Source of the DNA: the human T2T-CHM13v2.0 reference genome, Homo sapiens
Assembly (NCBI RefSeq): GCF_009914755.1
Contig: NC_060932.1
Strand: one strand, 5' to 3'
DNA length: 64,000 nucleotides
In this document: positions 1-17,494 of the stretch, one piece after another
How the letters are laid out: each line of letters begins with the position of its first letter
Numbering within the stretch: position 1 is the stretch's first letter
Position numbers and translations under genes: made by a program
The notes under the pieces: model-generated
Databases searched by the model: none
What the model saw: only the letters and a program-made list of their open reading frames with translations
What the model was told of the DNA's origin: nothing

Positions 1-354
1 AGAAGAACAGCATATGGTCCACTGATCAGATATGTTTAATGAAGCAACGTCTTAGGTAAGAGTCGGTGGTGTGGTCATCAAGCTTATCTTCCGGGGCATT
101 GGTTTCTGCTCTGGACCAATCCTTAGGGAGAATCCAGGAAGGGGCCTCGGGGATTACTTAATCCAAACCCCTTACTTCACACAGAAAGAGGAAACGTGTT
201 CCACGGGTTAAGCGACCTACTCAGGAAAGATCAGGAAAGCTTCCAGAGCTGGAAAGGGTCAGGGCAGGGACTAATACATCTTTAATTCTAGGTTCTTTAG
301 ATAGTTCCCTGAGGCTAGGAGAGGTATGCGTGTGTATGGTGGGAGGTGGGGTGG

Positions 355-640
355 GGTGGGATGAGGAGAGGTTGGTTAATGCATACAAACATACAGTTAG
401 ACAGAAGGAATAGGTTCTAGTGTTCAAGAACATAGTAGGGTGACTATAGTTAATAATAATATATTGCGTACTTCAAAATAGCTACAAGAGAAGATATAAA
501 ATGTTCCAAACACAAAGAAATGATAATGATGACGGATACCCTAAATACCCTGACTTGGGCATTACACAGTCTATGATTGTCTCAACACATCACACGTACC
601 CCATAAGTACATGCAAATACTAAGTATCAATTTTTAAATT
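355..640 (+). mobile_element. L1MA-type LINE-1 3' end fragment
   Basis: gagaggttggttaatg...gggtgactatagttaataataat...ttcaaaatagcta motifs of the L1MA 3'UTR. Confidence 0.7.
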
Positions 641-1424
641 TCATACATTTTATACAGTGTTACCCTTGTACGCAGGATTTTTTTTTTTTTTTTTACCTTG
701 AAAATAGCGAATCCTACCTCATTTTTGTTAGAGGGAAATGGCATAACTTACCGTCAGTTTTAAAATTAGAGCATTTACAAGACTTGTACCCTCTGCATTT
801 TCTCCTCCTCCTCTGCCAGCCCATCCCTTTCTCCCGGACTACAGTCAGACGCACTCTTTTTCCGCAGCCTCAGCATGCTTACGTGACAGAAGCGGTTGGA
901 TGCTTCTGTGTTCCTCACTCTGACTCTGCCTTAGCTTTTCAAAAGCGGCTGCAGTAGAAGAATCCCCTTTGTGTACCGGAAGCTCTTTCAAACCTGTTTC
1001 CTGAGCCATCAATAAAGTTTATACCCTGCATATCCCTGCATGTAAGTCTAGATTTCTTTTGAAATCACTGACTCTTCCTAAGAATCTTCTAGAATAAATA
1101 GCTTTGAAGTTTCTTTGAATATAAGCTCATCTAATGTTATCAAATAGCTAGAGGGTCTCCCAATGACATTATTTGCAGAAGGTCTCACTGAGAGATCCAC
1201 ACATGTACTTTCTAGAGCTGGCCAGAGATTTGAAGTGGAGAAAAGCTTTGCTTCTGCAGTCTCAGAGTATAAACATGAAATGAAAACAGTGGTACTAAAG
1301 GCAGAAGCAGCAAGGAAACAAATTTTTTTCAAAAAGACAAAGGTTGGGGTAAGGCTGGGGAGAAAGGACAAATGTGCCACAAGAAATTTCAGCTTCCAAG
1401 AGATTTGTACTTTTCAGAATTGAC

Positions 1425-2035
<611 letters not shown>

Positions 2036-2334
2036 GTGATTTTTTTTTTAAATAAAGTCTTCACATAAAACTCTAATCCTAATTGGTAGTTTCCTTCTTT
2101 TTAGCTTAGACCACCAGAAACATCCTGGACTTCATCCGTATGTCAGATTTTAGGATGGTAAAACAAGACGCCAGTAAGCAAAGCAGTTGTTTTACACACC
2201 TTAGAAAGCACATTGCCAGACATGAGAAGGATTCCCAACCTGTGTTATTTCTCTGGCTGCTGAGTACTTGAATGACTCTAAAAGGCAACTGAGAAGAAAA
2301 ATTCCATACTGATAAAGGAGCACACACAACTTAC

Positions 2335-2430
2335 CAAATTTGCTTTTTCTCTTGCTCTTCTTTTTTGTTCTTCTGATTTCAATTTTTCATTTAAAGCATC
2401 ATTTTCACTCTTCAGATCATTGATTTGCTT
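2335..2430 (-). CDS. MTUS1: MTUS1 coding exon (96 nt, phase 0-0): [32 protein letters not shown]; last exon inside the window
   Basis: Minus strand ttttag|AAGCAAATC...AATTTG|gtaagt; in frame with the preceding exon; matches recalled MTUS1/ATIP coiled-coil sequence. Confidence 0.95.
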
Positions 2431-2573
2431 CTAAAACACAATGAAATGTGGAACTTAAGTTAACAAGAAAACCCCAGAAACTCAGCATACGTACACAGAA
2501 ACATTAAAACCAAACAAAATCAAAAATGATATTTTTTTTTGTGGGGGATACTGGGATATTGACATTCACCCAC

Positions 2574-2647
2574 CTCTAGCGATTCCTGCTTCTCAGAAAG
2601 TAAATCTTCAAGCGATTTCTTTTCTATTTCATGGCCTTTCTTAATTT
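2574..2647 (-). CDS. MTUS1: MTUS1 coding exon (74 nt, phase 1-0): (E)IKKGHEIEKKSLEDLLSEKQESLE
   Basis: cccag|AAATTAAG...CTAGAG|gtgggt; phase fits both neighbours; followed by a 143-nt intron. Confidence 0.95.
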
Positions 2648-3709
2648 CTGGGAAAATAAACGGATATTTTTGAGGCAATAACATTCTATGAGATCAATGT
2701 ACTCTAAAACAGTTAAAGCATATAGATGTAGGGGTTGATGATGAAGCCGTATGACGTTACTTTACATCTATAGTATGCTTTTATGTAAATTGGCCATCTG
2801 TTCTCAAAATGGCCTTGAGAGGTGGTTAGGGTAGACATTCCCATTTTATGACTGAGAGCCCTGAGGCCCACTGAAGCCCACCATGGCCCACAGAGGCCAT
2901 GCGACCTTAGGACAACACTGAGTGCCATTTCAGGGCAGGCTCCCATAAATGCCACTCCAGACTCCTGGTCTGGAAACCCTGTGCTCTTTTCAATTTGCTC
3001 TTCATAACCTAAACATAAGTCTAAAATTATACTCATTTCTAGCAGGAAGGAAGAAAAACAATGTTCACTACAAGTCTGCCTGGAGCCAGTCACTTTTACA
3101 CATTATCACCTCTGCCTGACTTTGGGCAACTCTATTTTTGTGGTGAGAAAGTCCTTGCTGAAGGTCACACAGCCGGTTCTTAGCACTCATCCACGCTGCT
3201 CTGTAAGATGCAACTGGTTTAGTAGAAAGACTGTGAGCGACACTGCCGATTCTGTTCTGAAAGCAATGGCTTACACCCTCCCACTGATGACAGATGAAAA
3301 ATAGAAAAGACTATTTTTCTATTCAATAAGTGGCATCGACATTTCACAGCAACACTGCTGTGCAGGAGCACTTGGGGTGGATCCTTTACTGTGGATTACA
3401 AGATAGAAACTTGTACTTGCCACTTCCCAGGGACCTAAGCTGGCAACCACCACCGCCAAAATGGCCTTTACAGTCTTCCAAAGCCCATCCTATTTAACAC
3501 AAGGCTGGCATTTGTAACTATTATTTGCATCCTTAGTGGGAAAAGGCATCTGTTAACAATAAACAACGCAAAAAGGAACCAAGAACACCCCAGCCTGAAG
3601 GCCACAGGGCATTCGCTGAAGCAGGAAGTTATGAATCATTTCCATCTTAAAACATCATGTGGTTCCTTCAGATTTTATTCTGTTTAAAGAGGAAAAAAAG
3701 CATCCTTGC

Positions 3710-3815
3710 CTGAAAGGGAGGCTTCATAGGCCTTCTTTAGCAATTCAAGTTTCTCTGAGTGGCTAGCTTCAATTTCCAACTTAGAGGTTTCATGCGCAGC
3801 ATTTAAGTTGTCAAA
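3710..3815 (-). CDS. MTUS1: MTUS1 coding exon (106 nt, phase 0-1): [35 protein letters not shown]; ends at a GC donor
   Basis: ttacag|TTTGAC...TCAG|gcaagg; part of ORF 3684..3890; the phase joins the next exon only at the GC site. Confidence 0.95.
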
Positions 3816-3956
3816 CTGTAAGCAACAAACAAAACCGTGGTTTAACAGTAAAACCAAATGTCCTAAGTTGAATACGCAAAGCAACCACATTAGGAGACGT
3901 CACAGCTTCACAGGTAAGCGTGGGCTCTAGTTTAAAGGCTCCTCAACACATACAAA

Positions 3957-4072
3957 GGTCAGGGCAGTGGTTCACACTTGTAACCTCAGCACTCTGGGAG
4001 GCAGAGGTGGAGGATCACTTGGAGCCCAGCAGTTCAAGTCCAGCCTGGGCAATGTCGCGAGACTCTGTCCCC
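3957..4072 (+). mobile_element. Old Alu left monomer (FLAM/AluJ-like)
   Basis: gtggttcacacttgtaacctcagcactctgggagg...cagcctgggcaa. Confidence 0.75.
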
Positions 4073-4637
4073 ACATGTGCACACACGAAGAATGCATGAA
4101 GAGCAACGCAACTGGGATTCACCGCTCAACTCTCCTCTGTCTCCTTCCCTACCCTCAGGAACACAGACACAGAGGCTCTCCAGGGTGACAGATGGAAATG
4201 GCTGCATCAGTCACAAGGAATGACCAGGAACGAGGATATGTTTCACAGTGACAGGGCCACATGCTCTGCGCCTGTCACTTGACCACTCAGGCCCTAGCAT
4301 GTGCCTGGCCTGGAGTAGGCACTCTGTAGATATTTACTAAATGAAAAACTGAGTTAAAAAGGGAGCTACAAAATTAAAAAGGTTTGATATTTTATTCAGT
4401 GAAAAAAAAAAATGGGATATTTAAACAGATGCCACTAAAAAAAAAAAAAAAGAAAGAAATGCAAAACAATAGTTTGGCAACACACCACCAGGATGTTTAC
4501 AAGGGATTATTTCTGGGTAGAAAGAAAGGGTTGTTTTTTCAATTTTATCTTTTCCTCCTCCTTTTCTTCCCTTCTTTCACTTAACATAATACATTCCTTT
4601 GGTCATAAGAAAACTATTCAATTAAAAAGATACTGTT

Positions 4638-4890
4638 TCCAAGGCAGGCGGATCACCTGAGGTTGGGAGTTTGAGACCAGCCTGGCCAACATGGTGAAAC
4701 CCCGTCTCTACTAAAAATACAAAAATTAGCTGGGCATGGTGATGGGTGCCTATAGTCCCAGCTACTCAGGAGGTTGAGGAAGGAGAATCACTTGAACCCG
4801 GGAGGCAGAGGCTGCAGTGAGCCAAGATCAAGCCACTGTACTCCAGCCTCCAGCCTGGGAGACAGAGTGGGACTCTGTCTTAAATAAACA
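4638..4890 (+). mobile_element. AluS, 5'-truncated
   Basis: Alu consensus from ccaaggcaggcggatcacctgagg onwards. Confidence 0.85.
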
Positions 4891-5013
4891 ACAACAACAT
4901 GCTTTTTATACCTATTAGACTAAAAAAGAGAAGCTCATCAAGATGTGAAGAGCAACCAGGATTCAAGTAAGCAGCAGAGGCCTCAGACAAGCTCTGGCTG
5001 CAAAAGCACAGAC

Positions 5014-5216
5014 CTGCTCTTGCAATTGCATTTTGTACTTCTCTGCTTCTTCAATGTAAGTGTCCCGAAGCTTTTCATACTCCCTGGTGTAAAACTCTTT
5101 AAGCCGATTCTCTCGTTCTGTTTTTTCAGCCTGGTGCTGCTGGACGAATGCTTCATACACTGTTTGTAACTCATTCCTGGCTTTTTCTAATTTCTCACAG
5201 GTGGTTGAAGCAGTGA
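5014..5216 (-). CDS. MTUS1: MTUS1 coding exon (203 nt, phase 1-0): (V)[67 protein letters not shown]
   Basis: Polypyrimidine tract + ttttcag|TCACTGCT...GAGCAG|gtctgt; overlaps ORF 4963..5160; heptad-rich. Confidence 0.96.
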
Positions 5217-5395
5217 CTGAAAACAGAGGAGAAAGAAGAGGGAAGAGGTCATTTTATTTGTGAAATGTCCTATATTCATTACAGTCACACACAGCTGTGA
5301 TGACACCTGAAGCATACACCCATGATGTCTTGGGTCTCTAGTGACCATGTCTTCAAATATAACAGTATGGAAGTGAACTGTAAAAAGGAACACGA

Positions 5396-5768
<373 letters not shown>

Positions 5769-5941
5769 CTAAGAGAAGATCCCCTCTCATGTGGTGACCA
5801 GTCAATGCAGTGGTCAAGAAAAGAGCCTTGGCCAGGCAGAGACATTTCTTAGGACAAGCGACTCCTCCCTCTCCCAGCCAGCCAGTGTGGTAGAAGCTCA
5901 CACAAGAGCAGGAAAGACGAGGGATAAGAAACAAGTGGACC

Positions 5942-6311
<370 letters not shown>

Positions 6312-6389
6312 TTAGCCTCTATTAAACGCAAATCACCAGAGCACAAATATCTTAGGGAAAAAAAAACACATCTTAAAAGCACCCACATA

Positions 6390-6972
<583 letters not shown>

Positions 6973-6999
6973 GCAATATAAAATGAAAGGTTAAAAAAA

Positions 7000-7460
<461 letters not shown>

Positions 7461-8581
7461 GTTAATATATTTTAAAAGGGCAAAGTAATCTGATACACAT
7501 AATTGAAAATCAGAACATCTTAGCTCTTCCCTACAACTACCAAAAATAGAATGACTAACAATATAATACATGGCAGAACACAACCAAAGATATATGTACA
7601 CACACTACAATAAATCCTAGAAAATCTTGAATTCCTTAGGAAGCCTGACTTTGGACATTCCCAGTCTTCTGTCACCGATGTGTAAATACAGGCAGACAGG
7701 GTACTACTGTAACTGTCAGGGATACACATGCTGTCCACATCCCCAGAGTACTCGTGGATTAATACGACAGGGTTGCTGGCAATTCTGTTAAATTAACCCT
7801 TACCTCTCTTTGGAAAGGAATAACATATCAGGAGTTGAAGGAAGAAGATTATTTTAGGGCACAGAAAAGGACAATTTAGATCAATAATTATTTGGCCTAA
7901 GGAACGTGAAAATGGCAGGTTCTTAGGAAGATTTCCTACAATGGTGTCAACTTGTTATCTCAGGAACCTGCCATGTGGTGGTAGAAATACCCAAGTCACT
8001 TGCCCCCAGTCAGTATTCTTTCAGAGGAAAAGGAGGCCACATTGAAATAATGGCAGGAATAGTGTCTGCCAAAGAGAACCCTTAAAAATTAAATCAATCT
8101 ACAAATGTTTATTGAAGGGCAAAGATTTAACATTAAAAAAAAAATCCCCAAAACAAAAACTATTTCTCGTTGCCTGGCACAGAATGGGGCTCTTTATCTT
8201 GTTTAACCCTCACAGAGGACCCTCCTAAACATATAGATAAGGAAACCGCCACAGAGAGGCTAAATCATCTGCCCAGGGGCACAGAGCTGGCAAGCGCGAG
8301 AGGATGGGTTTCGGTGAGCAGTCTGAATTCTGATTCTGCCTGCACCCAAAGCCCGTGCCCCTTCTTTTCTACCAAGCTGTTTCTTGTGCTGGGGCTGGCA
8401 AGGCGCATGATGGGGCCTCTACTGGAAGAGACAACAGACAGAGGAGAAGTGGCAGGACCAGGCCAGACCTTGGGGCCCAGGGAGTGGCACTCAGGATAGT
8501 TTACGTCCAGTCAGGGTGGACCAAAGGTTTGGTCAGATTTTTAAAACAATTAAAAAATAAATAAATAAAAACTGTGATGAG

Positions 8582-9930
<1,349 letters not shown>

Positions 9931-11206
9931 TCAGTAGATTTTCAAATTAAGCCATATGACAGAAATAAAATTGAGGCATCAAGGATGAAAATCCTATCCC
10001 AGCATGAGCAATGATGGGCGACAGAACGGTGAGCCTTGGTGATTAAGAAACTCACAAAGCAGAGAAGATAGAACCCAAAAAGACAGACGGAGGCCAGATT
10101 ACAGGGGCCATCGCACGCAACTCAAGCCTTTGGGACTGAATATTAAAAGTTTCTTTTCTCCTTTAAAAGAATTTAGTGAAAGATAGTGATGGTCTTGACT
10201 GCTGGAGAACATTCTCTGCACATTCACTTTTCCTTCTATTACACTAGTAACCACAGAAGAAAAAATGACTCAAGAAGTCCAATGTTAGTCAAACGAGTAA
10301 ACACTGCATTAGCTTCTGCCAAGTAACTTTCCGACTCTGAAGGCTCCTCGTGTGAATCTCGTATTAGAACTTTCTATGAAAACCTACAACAGAAACATAC
10401 TTTGCAAGCCGTTGGTGAAGGTATCAAATAGCTTCTAGTCAGAGAAATTCTAGTTTCACGCAGGCTTTTCACTTGCTTCTCTTAAAATTTCCGGTATTTC
10501 CAAAGTTAAAAAATAAAAAAGCAGGAACAAGATCTGAACCCATCTGGAAGCTCATATCTGGGACAGAAACATCTAAGTGAACTCAGGGACTCAGCAATAA
10601 ACAAGAGACTGCCTCCAAGCCCTGGGCTAGAAGAGCTTCGAAGCTGACGTTAATAGCAGACTACCCTGGCTGATTTTAACACATCTGTTTATGATAAAAA
10701 TACTGTCGGTTTGAATATGTAATTGTGGCACATCAGCCTTTAAAACCAAATAGGATACACAGAAGTCCTTTCCTATTAGCCATGGGACAGGGCTGTTTCC
10801 CTCTATTCACCAAAAAAAAAAAAGGCAGCTCTGACGTTTTGATAAGTGAGGTGAAGAGAGGACACATGGGAAGAAACGGGAAAGAGAAAGGGAGAAAATG
10901 GGTCAGATGGGGGAACAGGAGGTTCACTGCTGTTATTGTAATAGTCCAAAGCAGCAGGCCCAGCCCCAGACAGTGACATCAGCCTGCAGCTGTGCACAGA
11001 CCTTTGCTCTGTTTACTGGCCCGGTGTGCTGCTGGGGAACAGCTGGGCTGCAGTAATCGCTCACACTAATGGCTTTCGTTTGAAGGAAGTGGCCTGGGCT
11101 GCGAAGGAAACATTTATTTGGCATAAAGACTCATGAAGTATTTTTTAAAGGATGCACATGTAAACGCTGTATTAAAGGTTCTCAGAGTGCTCCTCGGCAG
11201 CTGTGA

Positions 11207-11816
<610 letters not shown>

Positions 11817-11999
11817 TCTGTTGTTTTAATCATTCCATTAGTCTATTTTTTAAAAAAGCACATATATGATTAGGAACACCAACAGACCGCCATCTGTAGG
11901 AGAACTGCTGGGCAACTTTTGTATACATGTTTGTAAACCATGAAAGCTATCTCCAGCAATCTAGCTTAAAAGAGGAAGTACAGTTCTCAGGATTTAAGG

Positions 12000-12080
12000 A
12001 AAAAGAGAAAAAAAAAAAGAAAAAGGAAGAAAGGAGGAAGGGAGGGAAGGGGAGGAAGGAGAAGAAGGAAAGGAAGGCAA
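12000..12080. repeat. Polypurine (A/GA/GGAA) tract
   Basis: About 80 nt essentially only A/G. Confidence 0.9.
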
Positions 12081-12659
12081 ACTCATGTACAAAAACATCT
12101 CTAAAATGTAAGGCCACATTGAGATTAGAAGTCAGTATTTTCACTCTGCAATGAATCACCCAAGAAGAATTCTAGGCCAGTGACCCTCCCTGACAGTTTA
12201 AATCATGGATATCTCAGCAAGAAAAAAAAAATCGTAATCAGTGAAATGCTTTAAGTTTGCTTTTCAAGTAATTATCAAGATGATATGTGGAAAATGCCCA
12301 GTGCCACAGTCAAACATAATCTCTGGAAAACAGAGCTGGAGTCCTCCCAGGTCCTTCATTACTTAGCCCTGCAGAACTGGAGTGGAGCCATTACTTAATT
12401 AGTCCTCAAGGCTTTTTCTCAGAGGGGAAGGTCAGACTTTTATTATTTCCATCTCACAGAGACTCATTTCCCTTTGTTGATTGATAAATGTACTGTTTAC
12501 AGAGAAAAGCATTACACAGCCATGGCCCGACATTGTTAATATTCTTTTGAAATGATACAGTGCTTTCCTAGTTTTTATATCTGAGTAGCATGGTTCATTA
12601 TGAGACGACCAAAAATATTTTAATGCTCAAGAACATAAATAAATGTCCTAGTAGGATAG

Positions 12660-13056
<397 letters not shown>

Positions 13057-14689
13057 CTAAGCCTACATTTCTTCATTTTTAAAGTGGAGATATTATTAGT
13101 CCCTTCTCTAGAAGATGAAATAGCACAGGTGAAGCACTCACCCCAGTGCCTGACCACAGTAACTTTGCAGATAAATTGTATAACTGTTACGGCTTGCAAG
13201 AGTCCATTGATTCCAGTGTGTTTGAAGACTCCTGGAAGACAGGCTTAGGGTTCCATAACAGAAATATAACAGTTAAAAAGCAGCATTGCTGGCCTCGTAT
13301 TCAAATTTGATGCATATGAACACACAGACATAGCTATTATGGTGGAGTGTACACTCACTTCAAGTCTTTCCCTTCCGCTACTATTGTTCTTGACATTATA
13401 CGCAATAGAATTTTCCTAATTTGGAGGAGATTTTATGTAAATCAGAACTAAAATATAAAAAAGAAAAGTGCCAGGCAAATTTTCATAGCGCCACATAAGA
13501 GAATACCATAGAAAGAAGAGACGAACAGGAAAAAGAGATGATTCCATTCCCAAACTGCACACATACTCCTTTCCCAGACGCTCTGGCCAGCCTGCTGTGG
13601 GTGGCGACTCTCCCCCACCCCACCCCGAAATCCCCCTCTCTGCACCATCTAGGATGGAGAAGAGCAGCCTGCTTCCAGCTCTGCCTGCAGTGGGCCCCTC
13701 ACTCTCTCTTGGCCGCCTGGGAAACCGGCCTCCTCCTCTCAGTTCTGGGCTCCTTCACTTCTTTCTTCAACAGTACATACCCATTACACTTCTCGGGGTA
13801 AACAGAACTGTCACTTCTCTTGTGCCCCACCCCCAGAAGCAGGAGGGGACACTACATTCTACCGTAGGAGTGTGATGATGTCATAACATTCTACTAAGGG
13901 AAATCCGAGGAAATCCGATCCTGACACACGTCCATGGCAAGCGACTATGTAGGTGACCCCCTTAAGCCAAGGTCTGATCTGGTTTGAAACTGGAGGTAGT
14001 AACATCACTGAACAAGTAACCAAGAAGTCATTTTTAAACATCAAATTGATGCTTTGTGGACAGGCAGTGGCCTAAAGAAGAAAAAAAAGGTGGGACCCAG
14101 ACTATCCCACAAATAGGCATGTCCAGTTTCCTGGGCCTCCGTGTCCTGATATGGAAGGTAGGAACAAATACCACCTGTTCTGCCAACAGTATAGATTGGT
14201 GATAGTAAAGTGAAACAGAGTTACTCTTATGCTTGGTAGAAAGTCTTCCCAGCCTGTGGAATAATCCCCTACTCACATAGTGCCAGGGTTTGCCTCTCTA
14301 AAGATACTTTGTCAAATGACCAAGAAATTTTGCAGACAAGTGGTAGACCAGGTTCTTTTTCTACATTTCCAAATTATCTCCAAATGCCTTTCTGATTACT
14401 CCTGGGCATTAAATCAACAAATCACTAAGAGCTCATTTCAAAGTCTTCCATAAATCATAAATTATTAGGAACTTGCTTTTTACAAAAGGCCTGCACAATC
14501 AAATCAATCCTCCCATAAATGCCACTTCACCTTTAAAACTCAGTTCATACTTTACAAGGTGCTCTCACATTTGTTTCATTTAATGTAACAATGCTCTGAA
14601 CGAATAAAATAGGTATTATCAGACATCTCATTTTACCAAAGAAGAATGGAAATAACGGAGCTGGATCTACAACTCCAGCCTCTTTGTTG

Positions 14690-14825
14690 TTGTTGTTGTG
14701 TTTTGAGTAGATATGGGGTTTCACCATGTTGGCAAGGCTGGTCTCAAACTCCGGGCATCAAGCGATCTGTCCACCTCAGCCTCCCAAAGTGCTGGAATTA
14801 CTGGCTTGAGCCACTATGCCCGGCC
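14690..14825 (-). mobile_element. Alu monomer (FLAM-like)
   Basis: Reverse left arm only. Confidence 0.8.
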
Positions 14826-15689
14826 CTAGAACTCCAGCCTCTTTGAGAGCCTAACCACAGAACACCCAGCGGGATCTGACTGGCTATTTTTCCCAGCCTG
14901 AGATGTAGAAGACAAAGTTAATTCACACGTACCATGGATGCCTCAGGGTAGTAGGGCTTAATTCTCTTGTGGAAGCACTGCTGAAAAGATTCCAAGATAA
15001 GGCAGGTAAAAAAATGACCTTTCCCCCCCTATACTGGGTAGTGCTGACAAAGTGTGACTCACAGGTGGGAAGACAATTCCACCCAGCCAGCCTGTCTTCC
15101 ATCTCCATCTTGGTGCCTAGGTACCAGCCGGGCCTCCCCTAAGGTTCTAGCCTCTCCCTGCCAGTGTTCCTCCTCCCACCCTTGAAGAGAAGCCTGCAAA
15201 GGCCATTTGCTGTTTTTCAGCTCATTCACTGGCCAGCATGCTGCAGAACAGATGCTTTTTTTTTTTTTTTTTTTTTTAAATCACAACAGCAAACACTCCA
15301 TGTATAAACGAACACATTTAGGAATAAAAGTGGGTTGGAGGCGAGAGCACAGCTGAATATCTGACAATATGTTCTAAGATTCAGGCCTGAGAAAAAGTGA
15401 GGCTGACTTTAAAGGAATCCTGTTTCAATCAACAGTTTCAATGTAAAAAAAAAAAAAAGGATGATTTTAAGTCAGGGACTATTCATTCTGCCTCTTCTCC
15501 TCACTGACGGATCATTTTTAGAGCACGAGGGTCAAAAAGGCTGCTAAAAGTCCTTGGCATGTGTAAAATTTAAAAGCTTATTTATAAGAATGGACTCAAT
15601 TCACTCGGAGTTACTTCATATTATTCTTACTATGCTTGAGATATGTATGTATTTTTTTACATAAAAGAAACAACATTCTAGGCAGCTAG

Positions 15690-16170
15690 AGCAGTGTCAA
15701 AGGGTAGTCCTGGGGCACCTACATGAGAACCACCTGGATGATCATTAAAAGTGCAGATTCCTCCTCAATTTCCATTAAGGGAAAGGTTTTGCTTTATTTT
15801 TCTTTGCAGGTAGCCAAAGCTGTACTCAGATATTGCTAATAAGGAAGAAAAACTGGTCTCCTGTTAACCTGAGGACACTAGGGCCAGAGGTCAGGAAGAG
15901 GGATCACCTTCCCCATCAACACAACATCTTTTTAGAAGTGCTGCCTCTCCTTCTGTAATTGGGAAGCACCTATTACTATTCCTTAAAGCCCAAAGAGGGG
16001 TTAGTAGGATGATGGGTATAGGAGATGTTGGGGTTTAAAAAAAACAAAGTGCAGATTCCTGGACTTCATCCCCAGCCAACCAAGTCAGAAGCAATGGGCA
16101 TGAGAACTGAGGATCTGCATTTCAACCAGGTCTATTTTCGTACACAATAAAGTTTGGGAGCCACTATTCT
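15690..16170. mobile_element. MER5A/B-like hAT-Charlie MITE interrupted by a 283-bp insertion
   Basis: agaaccacctgg...ttaaaagtgcagattcctggac...cagaa...tctgcatttcaaccagg...aaagtttgggagccact. Confidence 0.65.
15763..16045 (+). other. Non-repeat retro-insertion with short A-tail and 15-bp TSD
   Basis: AAAGTGCAGATTCCT at 15748-15762 and 16046-16060; A8 at 16037-16044; TT/AAAA target. Confidence 0.7.
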
Positions 16171-17281
16171 ACACAATAAGGTATTAAATTAGGAAAATCC
16201 CAAGTTGAGAGACTGGAGTTAGGACAAGGAACAGGACAAGGAGGAACAGTCAGTGGGTTTCAAACACAGGTACCACTGGTAAAACTGCATATCTGCAGGT
16301 GAAAGAACATGGCCTTTTACTTATAAATACAGCCAACCAAAGTCCAAATTGAGGGCAGATGTGGATAGGAAGAGAATGAGCTAAGTCTGAGGTGGCTATC
16401 AACTCAGTCTTCAAACAAGTCAGGGAGATAAACAGCCCTGTTTTGGTGTACAGTTGGTTTTCAGTGTATTAATAGATTTTTCATTAAAGCCTACTTCAAG
16501 AAAAGTCACTTCTGGAATTTTACAACTCAAAAGTGACTTACCTGTAAAGAGTTTAAAAATTATTTTAAATACATAGCCTTGTTAAACCAAAATTGTAGAT
16601 AAAAACGGAACAGTGAATGAATCAACACATTCCATATGGCGTGAGGCAATGTGAAGTTCATAGACACTGGGTTAAGTGTTGGTTAGGCAATGTGTATACT
16701 GCTTTTGGCAATGTACTGTTTTTTGCAAGTTACTTTCCTCAGTAAGATACATTTTAACAATATTTCTTAAACTCTTGATTAGAAGAAAAATATTCCAAAA
16801 GTAGCTATCAATGCAAATGAGCGTTTATTTCAAATAGTTTTCCAATCTTTTAAATCATTTCATCAAACTTTCCCTGTGGTGACTACCAGAAGATTGGTGG
16901 TCTAGCCATCTTGGGTTCTTATGCAAGCTCTTTGCTTTCCAGCTTCCCTTGGGAAGTTACTTAACCTCTGAGCCACAATTTATTTTTTATAAATACAATG
17001 CAGAGAAGTAGACTGAGAGCTGAACATTGTTTGTTAGGGATGAGTAGGCACCAAACACACGATGTTGTTATACCTAGCTCATAATTTTCATGCACAAAAA
17101 TCAACTGGTCTTTTTACACTATTATAGGAAGGGCAAGCATTTTTAGTGAATTAAGGATTAAAATCTTGTTTCACAAAATAGAAATAATCAGGACTAATGT
17201 ATAAAAAGATGAGAGTTAGCTGTTAATTGTGATGGCTCAAAAATAATTTTGAAATACAAAATAATCTTCATTAATTTAGAT

Positions 17282-17494
17282 CAAGCTTGTCCAACTCACA
17301 GCCTGTACGTGGCCCAGGACAGCTTTGAATGCGGCCCAACACAAATTTGTAAACTTTCTTAGAACATTATGAGATGTGTGAATTTTTTTCTTTTCGTCAT
17401 CAGCTATTTGCTAGTGTTAGTGCATTTTATGTGTGGCACTAGACAATTCTTCTTCCAACGTGGCCCGGGGAAGCCAAAAGATTGGACACCCCTG
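17282..17494. mobile_element. MER30 (hAT-Charlie MITE) with 8-bp TSD ATTTAGAT
   Basis: TIR-like ends caagcttgtccaa / ttggacacccctg; TSD at 17274-17281 and 17495-17502. Confidence 0.9.

Noticed and set aside
13440-13880. GC-richer unique segment as another internal first exon
   Set aside because: Only a weak donor (ATG|gtattc) and no convincing in-frame start; cannot be supported from sequence alone
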